Shown piece after piece: positions 19,801-28,848 of a DNA stretch of 64,000 nucleotides (position 1 is its first letter; each line of letters begins with the position of its first letter). The position numbers and the translations under genes are program-made. This DNA comes from an uncultured Gammaproteobacteria bacterium (GTDB lineage Bacteria; Pseudomonadota; Gammaproteobacteria; JACCXJ01), in the NCBI GenBank assembly GCA_963764725.1, contig CAVXTM010000011.1, positions 224,001-288,000 on the forward strand. The letters are read 5' to 3'. The notes under the pieces are model-generated. The model was not told where the DNA came from, searched no databases, and saw only the letters and a program-made list of their open reading frames with translations.

Positions 19801-21256
19801 TGCTGTCCAGCCCCCAGGACCATTGAACAGTACCGGAGCCGAAAACCAGGGCGCCGCTATTATGGCGGTACAGAGTCAGATGATGCGTCGCCGTCCCCGA
19901 TCCGAAGGTAGACCCGAAGTCCAACAGCACCGGCGCATTCGGGACCACAGCGGTCGACATGTGGAACAGGCCAGCCGGCCGGAATCCGTTATCAATGTCT
20001 TCATCCCACTCGTAGCCCAATGTGCCGAACGGCAATGTGGCCGTGGCCCCTGCCGCGAGGTTTGCGATGCTGGTGTTGCGCCAGAAGCGCATCTTGCCGT
20101 CTTCCGCCGGCACCTGAATGGAGGTCGTGGCTCCGGCGTTTACCGTGAAAAGTGTTCCGGTCATGGCATTTTCCGGACGGCCGCCGTCCGCAGGCGGGCT
20201 GAAACGCGGGTCGCGCCACGTACCGGTCCAGGTGGGCGGATCCTGGGGATCGATCATAGCGTTGGCATGGGTCTCCTTGTAGCACACCAGCGTGCGATAC
20301 GGCGTCCCCGAACCATCGATGCTGTTTTCCCAGCGGGTCTTCCAGAACACCTCGTTTCCGCTGAAAAAACCTAAGTCTACGCCCGCGTTCCGAGCCGCTT
20401 CAACGTTCGTGCGCTGTGCATTAGACCAGTATTCGTCGTGGCCTACCGACAGGAAGAGCTTATGGTTGCGTATCAACGCGCCGCGACGATCGCTGTCGAC
20501 TCCGGTAGAGTAGCTGACGTCGTAACCATTGGCCTCCAGCCACCGGACCATCGGGTATTCGGCGTTGAATACCCAATCCTGGCCGTTATCGACGGCACGG
20601 GTGCTGAACGGCCGATTGTAGCTGACCTTGTAAGCGCGCCCGGCCGGCGATCCGGTATAGAGGCTATTACCGCCGTAATTGTTATATGCCTGCCAGGTCG
20701 TATCCGCGGTCTGGAACAGCACATCCGAGGTACTCGCATCATCGCGCACGATAAAGACGATGTGACTGGCTCCCCCGGTGCTCGTACGCACGGCCCTCGC
20801 AAAGTAGATCCCGGACGTAGCGTTAGCCGGCACGGCCCATGAAGCGGAGACCGCCCAATTACCGCAATCGATGAGTCCTGTGGTCGCATTCGTGAGACAG
20901 TTCGGTTGGTTTTGCGCCAAAGTAACTGAATCTGGCACGGTGGCGACCTTGCGAGCTCCCCTCCCACCGTAGTAGCCCATGCGGTAGATGTCGAGACGGT
21001 AAGCACCGGTCGTATTCGCATCGATCTTGAAGAACACGGTCTGGCCTCGATTGACACTGATCTCAGTAGCAAAACCCTGGATATTCGGATCACCGACACC
21101 GCTGATGTCCCACTCGCTCGACAGGTTGCCAACCTGGCAGTTTTCGGCCTCGATCGGGTTTGCCGGGACTGCACAACTCGCTGCTACCCGTGGTCCATAG
21201 GTACTCAGCAAGGAAGCGCAGAACAGCATTGCAAGATGGGCAAATCTACGGGGCAT
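16808..21256 (-). CDS. Large secreted modular protein: N,N-dimethylformamidase-beta-like head, Ig, LamG, FN3, Ig, DUF4082, Big_2 and C-terminal domain
   Basis: Signal peptide after a GGAG RBS. WQAYNNYGGNSLY, VSYNRP, EYPMVRWLEANGYDV, GHDEYWS; LamG (TLEAWV...GLIDEVRIY); DUF4082 (VELGVKF...NYWVDVVF). Confidence 0.85.
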   Translation of the reverse strand: MPRRFAHLAMLFCASLLSTYGPRVAASCAVPANPIEAENCQVGNLSSEWDISGVGDPNIQGFATEISVNRGQTVFFKIDANTTGAYRLDIYRMGYYGGRGARKVATVPDSVTLAQNQPNCLTNATTGLIDCGNWAVSASWAVPANATSGIYFARAVRTSTGGASHIVFIVRDDASTSDVLFQTADTTWQAYNNYGGNSLYTGSPAGRAYKVSYNRPFSTRAVDNGQDWVFNAEYPMVRWLEANGYDVSYSTGVDSDRRGALIRNHKLFLSVGHDEYWSNAQRTNVEAARNAGVDLGFFSGNEVFWKTRWENSIDGSGTPYRTLVCYKETHANAMIDPQDPPTWTGTWRDPRFSPPADGGRPENAMTGTLFTVNAGATTSIQVPAEDGKMRFWRNTSIANLAAGATATLPFGTLGYEWDEDIDNGFRPAGLFHMSTAVVPNAPVLLDFGSTFGSGTATHHLTLYRHNSGALVFGSGTVQWSWGLDSNHDRGNTAADVRMRQATLNLFADMGVQPATRQSDLVPATASSDTTAPSSAISSPTSGSNLPAGSPTTISGTAADAGGGVVGGVEVSVDSGSTWFPANGRSNWSFTWLPSASGNVTIRSRAVDDSGNLGTPGAGVNVTVGGGGGGSGQLVAAYAFAEGSGTSASDATGNGHTGTISGATWSTSGRFNNALSFDGTNDWVTVADGATLDFTTTMTLEAWVNPSALSGWQTVIMKERPGGLAYTLYAHDNAPRPSAYINTGSGDAQAIGATGLPLNTWTHLAVTYDGTTLRLFVNGAQAGSQAAGGSIISSTSPLRVGGNSIWGEYFAGLIDEVRIYSRVLTAAEIQTDMNTPVGAPPPPDTMPPTDPTNFTATAVGTTQINLTWTAATDNVGVTGYEVERCQGTGCANFVRIGTPTGTAFSDTGLTAGTIYRYRVRAADAVPNFSGYSNTASATTQTTDTTAPTVTLTSPGNGTTGVSTGTTVTATFSEAMDQLTITGSTFELRDSVNALVPATVSYNANTATLTPTSALAASTAYTATVKGGATDPRVKDVAGNALAANHTWSFTTATAATCTGNTIWPATAVPAVAADPDTSAVELGVKFRSDVNGTACGVRFYKGSTNTGTHVGKLWSSGGTLLAQATFTNETASGWQQVNFSSPVAITANTVYVVSYHAPNGHYALNEGGFTTTGVDTPPLHALQNGVSGGNGVYLYGAGGFPTNTFASSNYWVDVVFIPGTAPTLASIAVTPANPTIQTSATQQFTATGTYSDSSTQNITTQVTWASSNTAVATINSAGLATAGTGAGTTTISATSGAVSGNTTLTVQPAPPITSTGFLAPSANAAVSGGDNNGFQTAPTNAYIADDQFAIDTNSGTNTNTSCTNAGKDKHNYFNYNFNVPGGASIRGIEVRLHARVDSTANAPRMCVQLSSDGGTTWTTALSTTNLTTTNVVYTLGGATNTWGRTWTAGDFSNANFRVRIIDVASSTARDFSLDSVAVQVTYQ
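17339..18112. repeat. Direct repeat copy A (~774 bp; DUF4082 + Big_2 coding block)
   Basis: Matches 22150-22923 at offset 4811. One substitution seen (17738/22549). Confidence 0.9.
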
Positions 21257-21618
21257 TTTGTTCTCCATTTCGTGCTCCAATCCTATCGCCGGTCTTAGGC
21301 GTTGTTGTTTTTCCATAAGCGCTTGCAGTCCTACCACAGGCGCTATCGATGCCTAGTCGTCGTCTCCGTCAGCCACTCCGCTTAACGGAAGCCGAAGTCA
21401 TTAACGTAGGCGGTGGCGTCGAGGCTACTGACCACCATCTGCACCTCTACGCTTCGGTCATTCTGTTGTGCCGTACTACGGCACCTCTCCTTGTGCGGAA
21501 ACATGACGCTATTCCCTTTCTCCGAAATATAAAGCCCTCTGCTAGGGCGCGCACCGAAGGCAGCGGACAATGCTCCAAGCGGCGCGCTGTGCGTACCTGG
21601 TCACCACTCACACCTTCC

Positions 21619-24600
21619 TTACTGATAGGTCACTCGAACCGCTACTCTGTCCAACGAAAAGTCGCGGTCTATAGAGGAAGCCACGTTGATGATGCGAACC
21701 CTGAAATTGGCGTTGGAAAAATCACCCACAGTCCAGGTTCGCCCCCAAGTATTCGTCGCACTACCCAGGAAATATGCAAGCGTCGTCGTAGTCAGGGTTG
21801 TCGTACTCAAGGCAGTCGTCCACGTTGTGCCGCCATTCCAGGAGAGCTGCGCGCACATCCTCGGCGCGCCCGCAGCGCTGTCGACCCTTGCGGCCAGGCG
21901 GACTTCGATACCCCGGATGGCTACGCCACTCGGCACAATGAAGTCGTAGTTGTAGTAGTTGTGCTTGTCCTTGCCCGCGCCGGTACAAGACGTGCCTGTG
22001 CCCGTGCCACTATCGGTGTCGATAGCAAACTGGCTATCCTCGACATAGGCGTTAGCAGGAGCGGCGAACCCGTTGTTGTCGCCGGCACTGCTCGTAACCG
22101 CTGCGTTGGCACTCGGGGACCGGAAGCCGGTATTGATCGGGGGAGCGGTCTGCACGGTCAGCGTAGTGTTCCCCGAGACGGCGCCCGAGGTCGCCGAGAT
22201 AGTCGTGGTGCCAGCGCCCGTGCCCGCCGTTGCCAATCCCGCGCTATTGATGGTGGCCACCGCCGTGTTCGACGAGGCCCAGGTTACCTGAGTAGTTATG
22301 TTCTGGGTGCTGCTGTCGGAGTAAGTGCCTGTGGCCGTAAACTGCTGCGTTGCCGACGTTTGGATCGTCGGATTTGCGGGCGTCACCGCAATCGACGCGA
22401 GTGTCGGGGCGGTCCCTGGAATGAATACCACGTCCACCCAGTAATTGCTGGAGGCGAAGGTGTTGGTCGGGAATCCCCCCGCCCCGTACAGGTACACCCC
22501 GTTGCCCCCACTCACGCCGTTCTGCAGCGCATGCAGCGGGGGGGTGTCGACACCGGTGGTGGTGAAGCCCCCTTCATTGAGCGCGTAGTGCCCGTTAGGG
22601 GCGTGGTACGAAACCACATAGACCGTGTTGGCCGTGATCGCCACCGGGCTCGAGAAGTTCACCTGCTGCCAGCCCGAGGCGGTCTCGTTCGTAAAGGTCG
22701 CCTGCGCTAGCAATGTCCCACCGCTGCTCCATAACTTACCTACATGCGTGCCGGTGTTCGTACTGCCCTTGTAGAACCGCACCCCGCACGCCGTGCCGTT
22801 GACATCCGAGCGGAACTTGACCCCCAACTCCACCGCCGAGGTGTCCGGATCTGCAGCCACCGCCGGAACCGCCGTCGCCGGCCAGATCGTGTTGCCGGTA
22901 CAGGTGGCGGCGGTCGCGGTAGTCGCCGTCGCTATGTTCGAGTAGCCGCTGAAATTAGGCACCGCGTCGGCCGCACGCACTCGATACCGATAGGTCGTGC
23001 CCGGCGTCAGCCCACTGTCCGGATGGCTCGTACCGGCCGGGGTCGCCACTTCGACAAAATTGGTACATCCCGCACCTTGACACCGCTCTACTCGATAACC
23101 ACTGACTCCCACGTTATCGGTTGAGCCCGTCCACGTCAGATCGATCTGCGAGGTCCCTACCGCCGTCGCACTGAGATTGGTCGGATCCGTCGGAGGTGTG
23201 GTGTCCGGAGGGGTCCCACCGCTGGTCGTGAATACCACATCCACCCAATAGTTAGTGGCATTGAACGTGTTGGTCGGGAAACCACCCGCCCCATAGACGT
23301 ACACACCGTTACCCCCGCTCTCCCCGTCTCTCAGGAAATACAAGGGGCCGTTCTGAAAACCGCTGCTCGCGAAATAGTTACTGTCAAAAGCGTAACCTCC
23401 GTTCGGAGCATGGTACGAAGCGACGTAAACCGTATTGGGCGTGATCGCCACCGGCGCGCCGAAGCTCACCTGCTGCCAACCCGAGGCGGTTTCGCTGCTG
23501 AAGGTCGCCGTCGCTAGCTGTGTCCCGGACGCTGTCCACAATTTACCGATATGCGTACCGGTGTTACCGCTGCCCTTATAAAACCGGATGCCGGTGATGA
23601 AACCGCCCAAATCTGACCGGAACTTGACGCCGAGCTCGACGGCATTGGGATCGGACGCCGATGGATTCGCCGGCGTCGAACTGCTAAAGCCGCTACAGGG
23701 GCTAGTAGAGCAAGGTGCCGCTTCGGTCGTGAAAGACCAGGTAAAGTCAGAGACCATCGCATTCCCGCCAGCATCTTTCACTCCTGCCGCTTCACCTTTC
23801 ACGGTAGCCGTATAGATCGTTGACGCTAGTAAATTAGAGCTCGGGTCCAAGGTCGCAATACGAGATGCGCCGTTGTACGTTACCGTAGCGGCAACTAAGG
23901 TGCTTCCGGGTCCGCGTAACTCGAACGTACCGGTTCCGACTGTTCCAGAGTTCATGTCCTCGCTAAAGGTAGCGGTAACGGAATCTGCCTGGCTAACGCC
24001 GCTGGCACCGGCACTCGGAGAATGAGACACCACCGTGGGGGGCGTCGTATCTTGCGCGAAGCTTGCCGCGTAGGCCCCCGACAACGCGGAAACCACCGCA
24101 TAGCTCACGCCCTTGATGACCTCGGTCGTGAACGTAATTGAGCTGCCGTTACGCGTGATTCCTGTGAGAACGCCGGCGGTCAACACGCGAGGCACCAACG
24201 CTTGCAGCCCATTGGCCGCACTGTCCTGGGCGACGCTAAAGCTCAGGGTGTTCCCGCTCCAGGCGAACGTTCCGAACGAGGAGTTGTTGCGGCCATCCAG
24301 CCATGCCAGCATCTGCCGGCTCGACACGATTGGTACACCACGGGTGAGTGCCGAGGCGACCACCGCGTCCGCTACCGGCGATGTATTTAAGTCCGTATGC
24401 GCATTGACGGTATAGGCCCCATAGTAGCCTTCCGGACCCAGCGCCCGGTCCAATAGCGTATCGATCGTAAACGGATATTGCTGGTCCGACTCGTCCGTCA
24501 TCTGCGTGGTGGCATTGTAGACATCGACCAAGGTACCGTTGAGCTGGGCGAACCGCATGGGCATAGCCGAGCCGGTGAACAACCCCGGGCGGTTGAGGAC

Positions 24601-27600
24601 CCAGCCCGGAGGCCAAAAATAATAGTTCGTGTCGAGGCGGATCCCATGATTGAACTGAACGATCGCCCCGGTTACCCAGTCGCTCCACATGATACAGTGG
24701 TGGCGCTGCGTTATCGGCGGAGGAATACTTGGGTAATTACTAGTCCAGTCACTGATTTGTTGGGTATAATCATTCTCAAGCGATGCAGGTGTATAGTTGG
24801 TCGGGCAGTTGGCATTAATGTGCAGACCCACTTCAAAGCCGGCCGCGTTGAAGCCCGCCGCTTCTGCATTAGTCAAGGTCGGCGTATTCGGATATACATA
24901 CGAGGTGCCCCTTACACACTCCCAGTTGGCCACGGAGCAACCGGGCGGGCTTAACGAAATAAACTGATTGAATCGACCTTCGGTCCCCCCATTGCCGTGA
25001 TCGTCACCGGTCATGATGACCACCGCCTTCTCACCACGGGGGAAATACCAAAATCGCGGCAAGGGCTTCCGATCCAGATTCATGTGCAGGATCAGGTTTG
25101 CAAGCAGCCGCTGTTGCTCGTCCGCCTGCGGAATAGCGACCTTGTTCAGGTCTACCCAGTCCGGCTGCGGATCTCCATTGGCGTCACCGAAGAACTTGTC
25201 GTCCGAGCGGATAGGGTCGCTTCCGTCGCGTTCCTGCGCTGCCCACGCGGGGTTGCCCTGCCGCGTGTACACGATGGATGTTGCTAGATCATACGTGAAA
25301 GCCGCCGCCTGGCCGCCATTCGCCCCGATGCTACGCATCGTTACCGCAGGATTCGAGGTGGTTGTCGTCGCGTTAACATAGAGCGTCGCAAGGCTTGAGG
25401 CGCTGTTCAGCGTGTACCGATCCGCCGTACCGTGGAACTGGATGGTCTGGCCGACGATTCCGCTGCCGGGCGATTGGCTCGTATCGACAAGGAGGTAAGC
25501 ATTGGACAATGTAGCGCCTGCAGGGGAGATACCGAGCAGGCCCGAGAGCTGCGGATCGGGTCGCATCGCAATCAAATTGCCACCCGCGTTCACCCAGTCA
25601 GTGAACATCCCCACTTGAGCGACCGAAAGGGGCAAGGGCGCCAGGATGACCGCGTCGTAGCTTGCTAGGGTCGCGGCATTCACTGATGAGATATCGCTCA
25701 CGGAGAATAAATTGAGCCCCTCACTGCGCAGTATCTCCGCGTAGTACTTTCCGAAGGTGGAAGAGGCACCGGTGACAACCAATATGGGCCCGCCCGGTCC
25801 CTGGTTCGGATCGGGCAACTGCGCAGCAGCGCCAGGCACCAACCACTCTAAAACCGCGCCAAAGACCCCTTGCAACGAGAGAGTAGCGTTTCGCCTGGTG
25901 TCTGAATAGGTGCCCCGGCTAGAATCGGAGGGAATGAACAAGCCCAGAGTTTGTGATGCAGCGGAGGGTGCGGCTGAGGAGGACCTATTCTGTTGCAGAC
26001 GTTTAAGCGCTCTTCTTACCCTCAGCTTCTTGCCGGCGGAAACGTCCCACTCCGTAAGATCCTCATCCTCATCTCCCACAAATAAGCGGCCAGTCGGATC
26101 GAATGCAAGCGCATTGATGAATCGGTTGTGTCTCGGAAGGTCCCTACGCAGTTGGCCGCTTGCTACATCCCAGACCAGGATGCGCATGTCTTCTCCCGCA
26201 CTCACCACCGTCTGCCCATTGGGACTGATGGCGACCGCCCTAACGGGCGCCTGATGTCCTAGAAGACTTCGGATCTGTTGTCCGGTCGCTGCATTCCATA
26301 CCTTTACCTGAGTATCTTCGCCGGCACTCACGAGGACACTACCGTTTCGGCTAAAAGCGAGCGCATTCACCTCCTCCGAGTGGCCAAGGAGGGTCTTTAC
26401 AAGCTTGCCCGTCACCATATCCCACAGCAGCACACGGGCATCTGCATCACCGCTGGCCAATTGCTTTCCATCCCCGCTAAAAGCGAGGCTATTGACGAAA
26501 TTGGTATGCCCCAACAGGATCCCAGTTAGTTTTTCGGTAGCCGCGTCCCACAACAGGATCCTGGTGTCTTCGCCCGCGGCTGCGAGGATCTTGCCGTCCG
26601 GACTAGCGGCAATCGTTCTGATGGGATGCTCAGAACCTTGCAACACCTTGCTCTGTGTACCAGTTGTGACGTCCCAGAGCTGGACTTCCGTGTCCCGGCC
26701 GGCACTCACTAAACGGGTTCCACCTGCACCGAAAGCAATCCCAGTGACCCCGGCACCATGATGTGCGGCCAGCGCAAACCGTTCTGATCCGGTGGCATCC
26801 CATAGGCGAACCGCACTGTCTTCTCCGGCACTACCTACAAGCGCCCCGTCCGGGCTTACAGCGAGGGCGGTGATACCTTTCCAATTGCGTGCCCGGGCTC
26901 TCTTACGAGTGCCCCGTAGAGCCAAGTCAGCGACAGCGCGTGTCTGGCTTGCGCTGCTTTGATTTTGGAGTCCTGGATCAATAACAGGGGCCACTTCGGC
27001 AGCAGATGAACTGTTGACGGTATTAAGAGTTTTGCTACTGAAATCGGTAGTCTGGAAAGCCAACGGGTCGGATCCAAAACCCGAAATTTGGTGGGCAATC
27101 CGTTCCACCCCGCCTGCGAGGTCCCAGACTATAACCTGCCCATCGTTACTTACGCTCGCTAAAACTTGTCGATTGGGATTAAAAGCAATCTCGGCAACTA
27201 TGTCCTTATGCCCGACAAAGCGTTGGCGTAGCTTGCCACTTGCCACCTCCCATAATAGGATCTCGCTGTTATCACTCACTCCGGCTAACGTCCTACCGTC
27301 CGGGCTGAATGCAAAACCATGCAAAGCGGCATCGCCCCGGCTCAAGAGGGATAAGCGTTCTTCGCCAGATGTTACATCCAAGAGCTTGACTCGTGCGTCG
27401 ATTCCGCCAGTTGCGAGAATGGTCCCGTCGGGGCTAAAAGCAAGTCCGTTAATGGGGGCACGCTGACCGGTTAGAATTTGTTTATCATCACCGGACTCTA
27501 AGTCCCACACGCTGACGTTAGCCTCCTGGTCTACGCTGGCCAGTGTCATACTAACTGGACTAAACGCAAAACCGGTTACTGCGGTACGGCTAGTAAGAGT

Positions 27601-28245
27601 TACGAGTTCTTGACCTGATGTTGGATCCCATAGCCTGATTCTCTCGTCCTCACCACTACTGGCTAAGATAGTCGCATCCCGGGCAAAGGCGATTCGACTG
27701 ACGGCGTCGCCGCTAGACAATGTCCATCGCTGCGAGCGTGACTTTACATCCCAAATCAAAATCTGTTTGCCATCGGCAACACCGGCCAGGGATTCGCCAT
27801 CAGGGCTAAAGAGGAGGTGAGTAACGATACCGTTAGAGGCACCGCTTAGAATCCCGCGTACCTGTCCGGACGGCATGTCCCACAGTGTGATCGTATCTTC
27901 AAGCACGCAAGCCAGGGTTTTGCCATCTGGGCTAAACGCAAGGTCCGCAACGACCGAACCAAGCGGACCCGGTCCAATCAAACGTTGCTTACCCGACAGC
28001 AAATTCAGCAAAACGATTTGCCCATCATCTGTCGCGCTTGCTAAGGAATTACCATCAGGGCTAAACGCAAAGCGGTCGTGATTCGACCGCGTCACGCTTG
28101 TTGACGATACTGGAAGGATTGTGTTGGGATTTGCCGAGGCAACGTTGACTTCGGATACGAGTGCTAAAACGTAAATTAGCACCACTGTAAACACGAACAC
28201 CGTACCCGTGAGGCTAATTAGCCGGACTATGTGATTCCTTGTCAT
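21619..28245 (-). CDS. Giant exported modular protein: two WD40 propeller blocks, deacetylase-like domain, Ig, 2x DUF4082, FN3, Big_2 and C-terminal domain
   Basis: AGGAGG RBS then an N-terminal hydrophobic segment. Many AFSPDG...LWD repeats; MTGDDHG/EVGLH/TQRHHC; two VELGVKF...NYWVDVVF modules. Confidence 0.85.
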   Translation of the reverse strand: MTRNHIVRLISLTGTVFVFTVVLIYVLALVSEVNVASANPNTILPVSSTSVTRSNHDRFAFSPDGNSLASATDDGQIVLLNLLSGKQRLIGPGPLGSVVADLAFSPDGKTLACVLEDTITLWDMPSGQVRGILSGASNGIVTHLLFSPDGESLAGVADGKQILIWDVKSRSQRWTLSSGDAVSRIAFARDATILASSGEDERIRLWDPTSGQELVTLTSRTAVTGFAFSPVSMTLASVDQEANVSVWDLESGDDKQILTGQRAPINGLAFSPDGTILATGGIDARVKLLDVTSGEERLSLLSRGDAALHGFAFSPDGRTLAGVSDNSEILLWEVASGKLRQRFVGHKDIVAEIAFNPNRQVLASVSNDGQVIVWDLAGGVERIAHQISGFGSDPLAFQTTDFSSKTLNTVNSSSAAEVAPVIDPGLQNQSSASQTRAVADLALRGTRKRARARNWKGITALAVSPDGALVGSAGEDSAVRLWDATGSERFALAAHHGAGVTGIAFGAGGTRLVSAGRDTEVQLWDVTTGTQSKVLQGSEHPIRTIAASPDGKILAAAGEDTRILLWDAATEKLTGILLGHTNFVNSLAFSGDGKQLASGDADARVLLWDMVTGKLVKTLLGHSEEVNALAFSRNGSVLVSAGEDTQVKVWNAATGQQIRSLLGHQAPVRAVAISPNGQTVVSAGEDMRILVWDVASGQLRRDLPRHNRFINALAFDPTGRLFVGDEDEDLTEWDVSAGKKLRVRRALKRLQQNRSSSAAPSAASQTLGLFIPSDSSRGTYSDTRRNATLSLQGVFGAVLEWLVPGAAAQLPDPNQGPGGPILVVTGASSTFGKYYAEILRSEGLNLFSVSDISSVNAATLASYDAVILAPLPLSVAQVGMFTDWVNAGGNLIAMRPDPQLSGLLGISPAGATLSNAYLLVDTSQSPGSGIVGQTIQFHGTADRYTLNSASSLATLYVNATTTTSNPAVTMRSIGANGGQAAAFTYDLATSIVYTRQGNPAWAAQERDGSDPIRSDDKFFGDANGDPQPDWVDLNKVAIPQADEQQRLLANLILHMNLDRKPLPRFWYFPRGEKAVVIMTGDDHGNGGTEGRFNQFISLSPPGCSVANWECVRGTSYVYPNTPTLTNAEAAGFNAAGFEVGLHINANCPTNYTPASLENDYTQQISDWTSNYPSIPPPITQRHHCIMWSDWVTGAIVQFNHGIRLDTNYYFWPPGWVLNRPGLFTGSAMPMRFAQLNGTLVDVYNATTQMTDESDQQYPFTIDTLLDRALGPEGYYGAYTVNAHTDLNTSPVADAVVASALTRGVPIVSSRQMLAWLDGRNNSSFGTFAWSGNTLSFSVAQDSAANGLQALVPRVLTAGVLTGITRNGSSITFTTEVIKGVSYAVVSALSGAYAASFAQDTTPPTVVSHSPSAGASGVSQADSVTATFSEDMNSGTVGTGTFELRGPGSTLVAATVTYNGASRIATLDPSSNLLASTIYTATVKGEAAGVKDAGGNAMVSDFTWSFTTEAAPCSTSPCSGFSSSTPANPSASDPNAVELGVKFRSDLGGFITGIRFYKGSGNTGTHIGKLWTASGTQLATATFSSETASGWQQVSFGAPVAITPNTVYVASYHAPNGGYAFDSNYFASSGFQNGPLYFLRDGESGGNGVYVYGAGGFPTNTFNATNYWVDVVFTTSGGTPPDTTPPTDPTNLSATAVGTSQIDLTWTGSTDNVGVSGYRVERCQGAGCTNFVEVATPAGTSHPDSGLTPGTTYRYRVRAADAVPNFSGYSNIATATTATAATCTGNTIWPATAVPAVAADPDTSAVELGVKFRSDVNGTACGVRFYKGSTNTGTHVGKLWSSGGTLLAQATFTNETASGWQQVNFSSPVAITANTVYVVSYHAPNGHYALNEGGFTTTGVDTPPLHALQNGVSGGNGVYLYGAGGFPTNTFASSNYWVDVVFIPGTAPTLASIAVTPANPTIQTSATQQFTATGTYSDSSTQNITTQVTWASSNTAVATINSAGLATAGTGAGTTTISATSGAVSGNTTLTVQTAPPINTGFRSPSANAAVTSSAGDNNGFAAPANAYVEDSQFAIDTDSGTGTGTSCTGAGKDKHNYYNYDFIVPSGVAIRGIEVRLAARVDSAAGAPRMCAQLSWNGGTTWTTALSTTTLTTTTLAYFLGSATNTWGRTWTVGDFSNANFRVRIINVASSIDRDFSLDRVAVRVTYQ
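22150..22923. repeat. Direct repeat copy B (~774 bp)
   Basis: Matches 17339-18112. Confidence 0.9.
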
Positions 28246-28723
28246 TTTCTTGTTCCTCCTAGGAAGCGGAATGTGTCCATAGTTTTGCGACACCCTTCTG
28301 CTAAATTTAGAGAGCTGATCATTAGGTTGGAAGTTTATTTTGAGGCGGATTGATCCAGACTGCTTCTGGCGGGTGCGGCGCCTTGGGTGGTTTTCTCACA
28401 AAACGCTCCGGATGCGCCGCGTATGCTGCCAATAGCACTGCGCGCCGCGCCCGGATTAGAAACTGTCCTAGTGGCCGCTCAGCGGGAATCTCAGCTTAAT
28501 AGAGACAAATGGAGCATTGCCTCATTATGCGGAGATGCACCCGCAAGCATTGCGTGCTAGCGACAGTTAAAGGTCAACGGGAAAAATTTCTACCGTATGC
28601 CTGCCAGGCCGGGAGGATTAATCAAACGGCGTGCTAAGGAACCTAACCGTCTCTCAAAGCTGCCGGGCGAGACTCGATTGAAAGCAAAACCGTGAACGAT
28701 TTTGAACGAATTCGGTGCGAAAC

Positions 28724-28735
28724 AACGCTACCGCC
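28724..28735 (-). promoter_or_regulatory. ops element #1
   Basis: Minus strand (G)GGCGGTAGCGTT, ~114 nt downstream of rfaH paralog 1, in the long leader of the giant gene. Confidence 0.85.
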
Positions 28736-28848
28736 CTACAAAACGCCTCCGTGTTTCGTATAGCAGGTCCTTCTATAGGTTGTCGACGCTTCTTAGCTAC
28801 TCCGTCGACGGTTGAGGCGGAAAGAAAACGCCTCAGGTACACCTTAAA

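Noticed and set aside
21349-22710. 453-aa plus-strand ORF
   Set aside because: Antisense shadow of the giant minus-strand gene; Arg-rich with no motifs.
26000-28090. Periodic nucleotide repeats resembling an array
   Set aside because: These are degenerate WD40 coding repeats, with no identical repeat-spacer structure and no cas genes.
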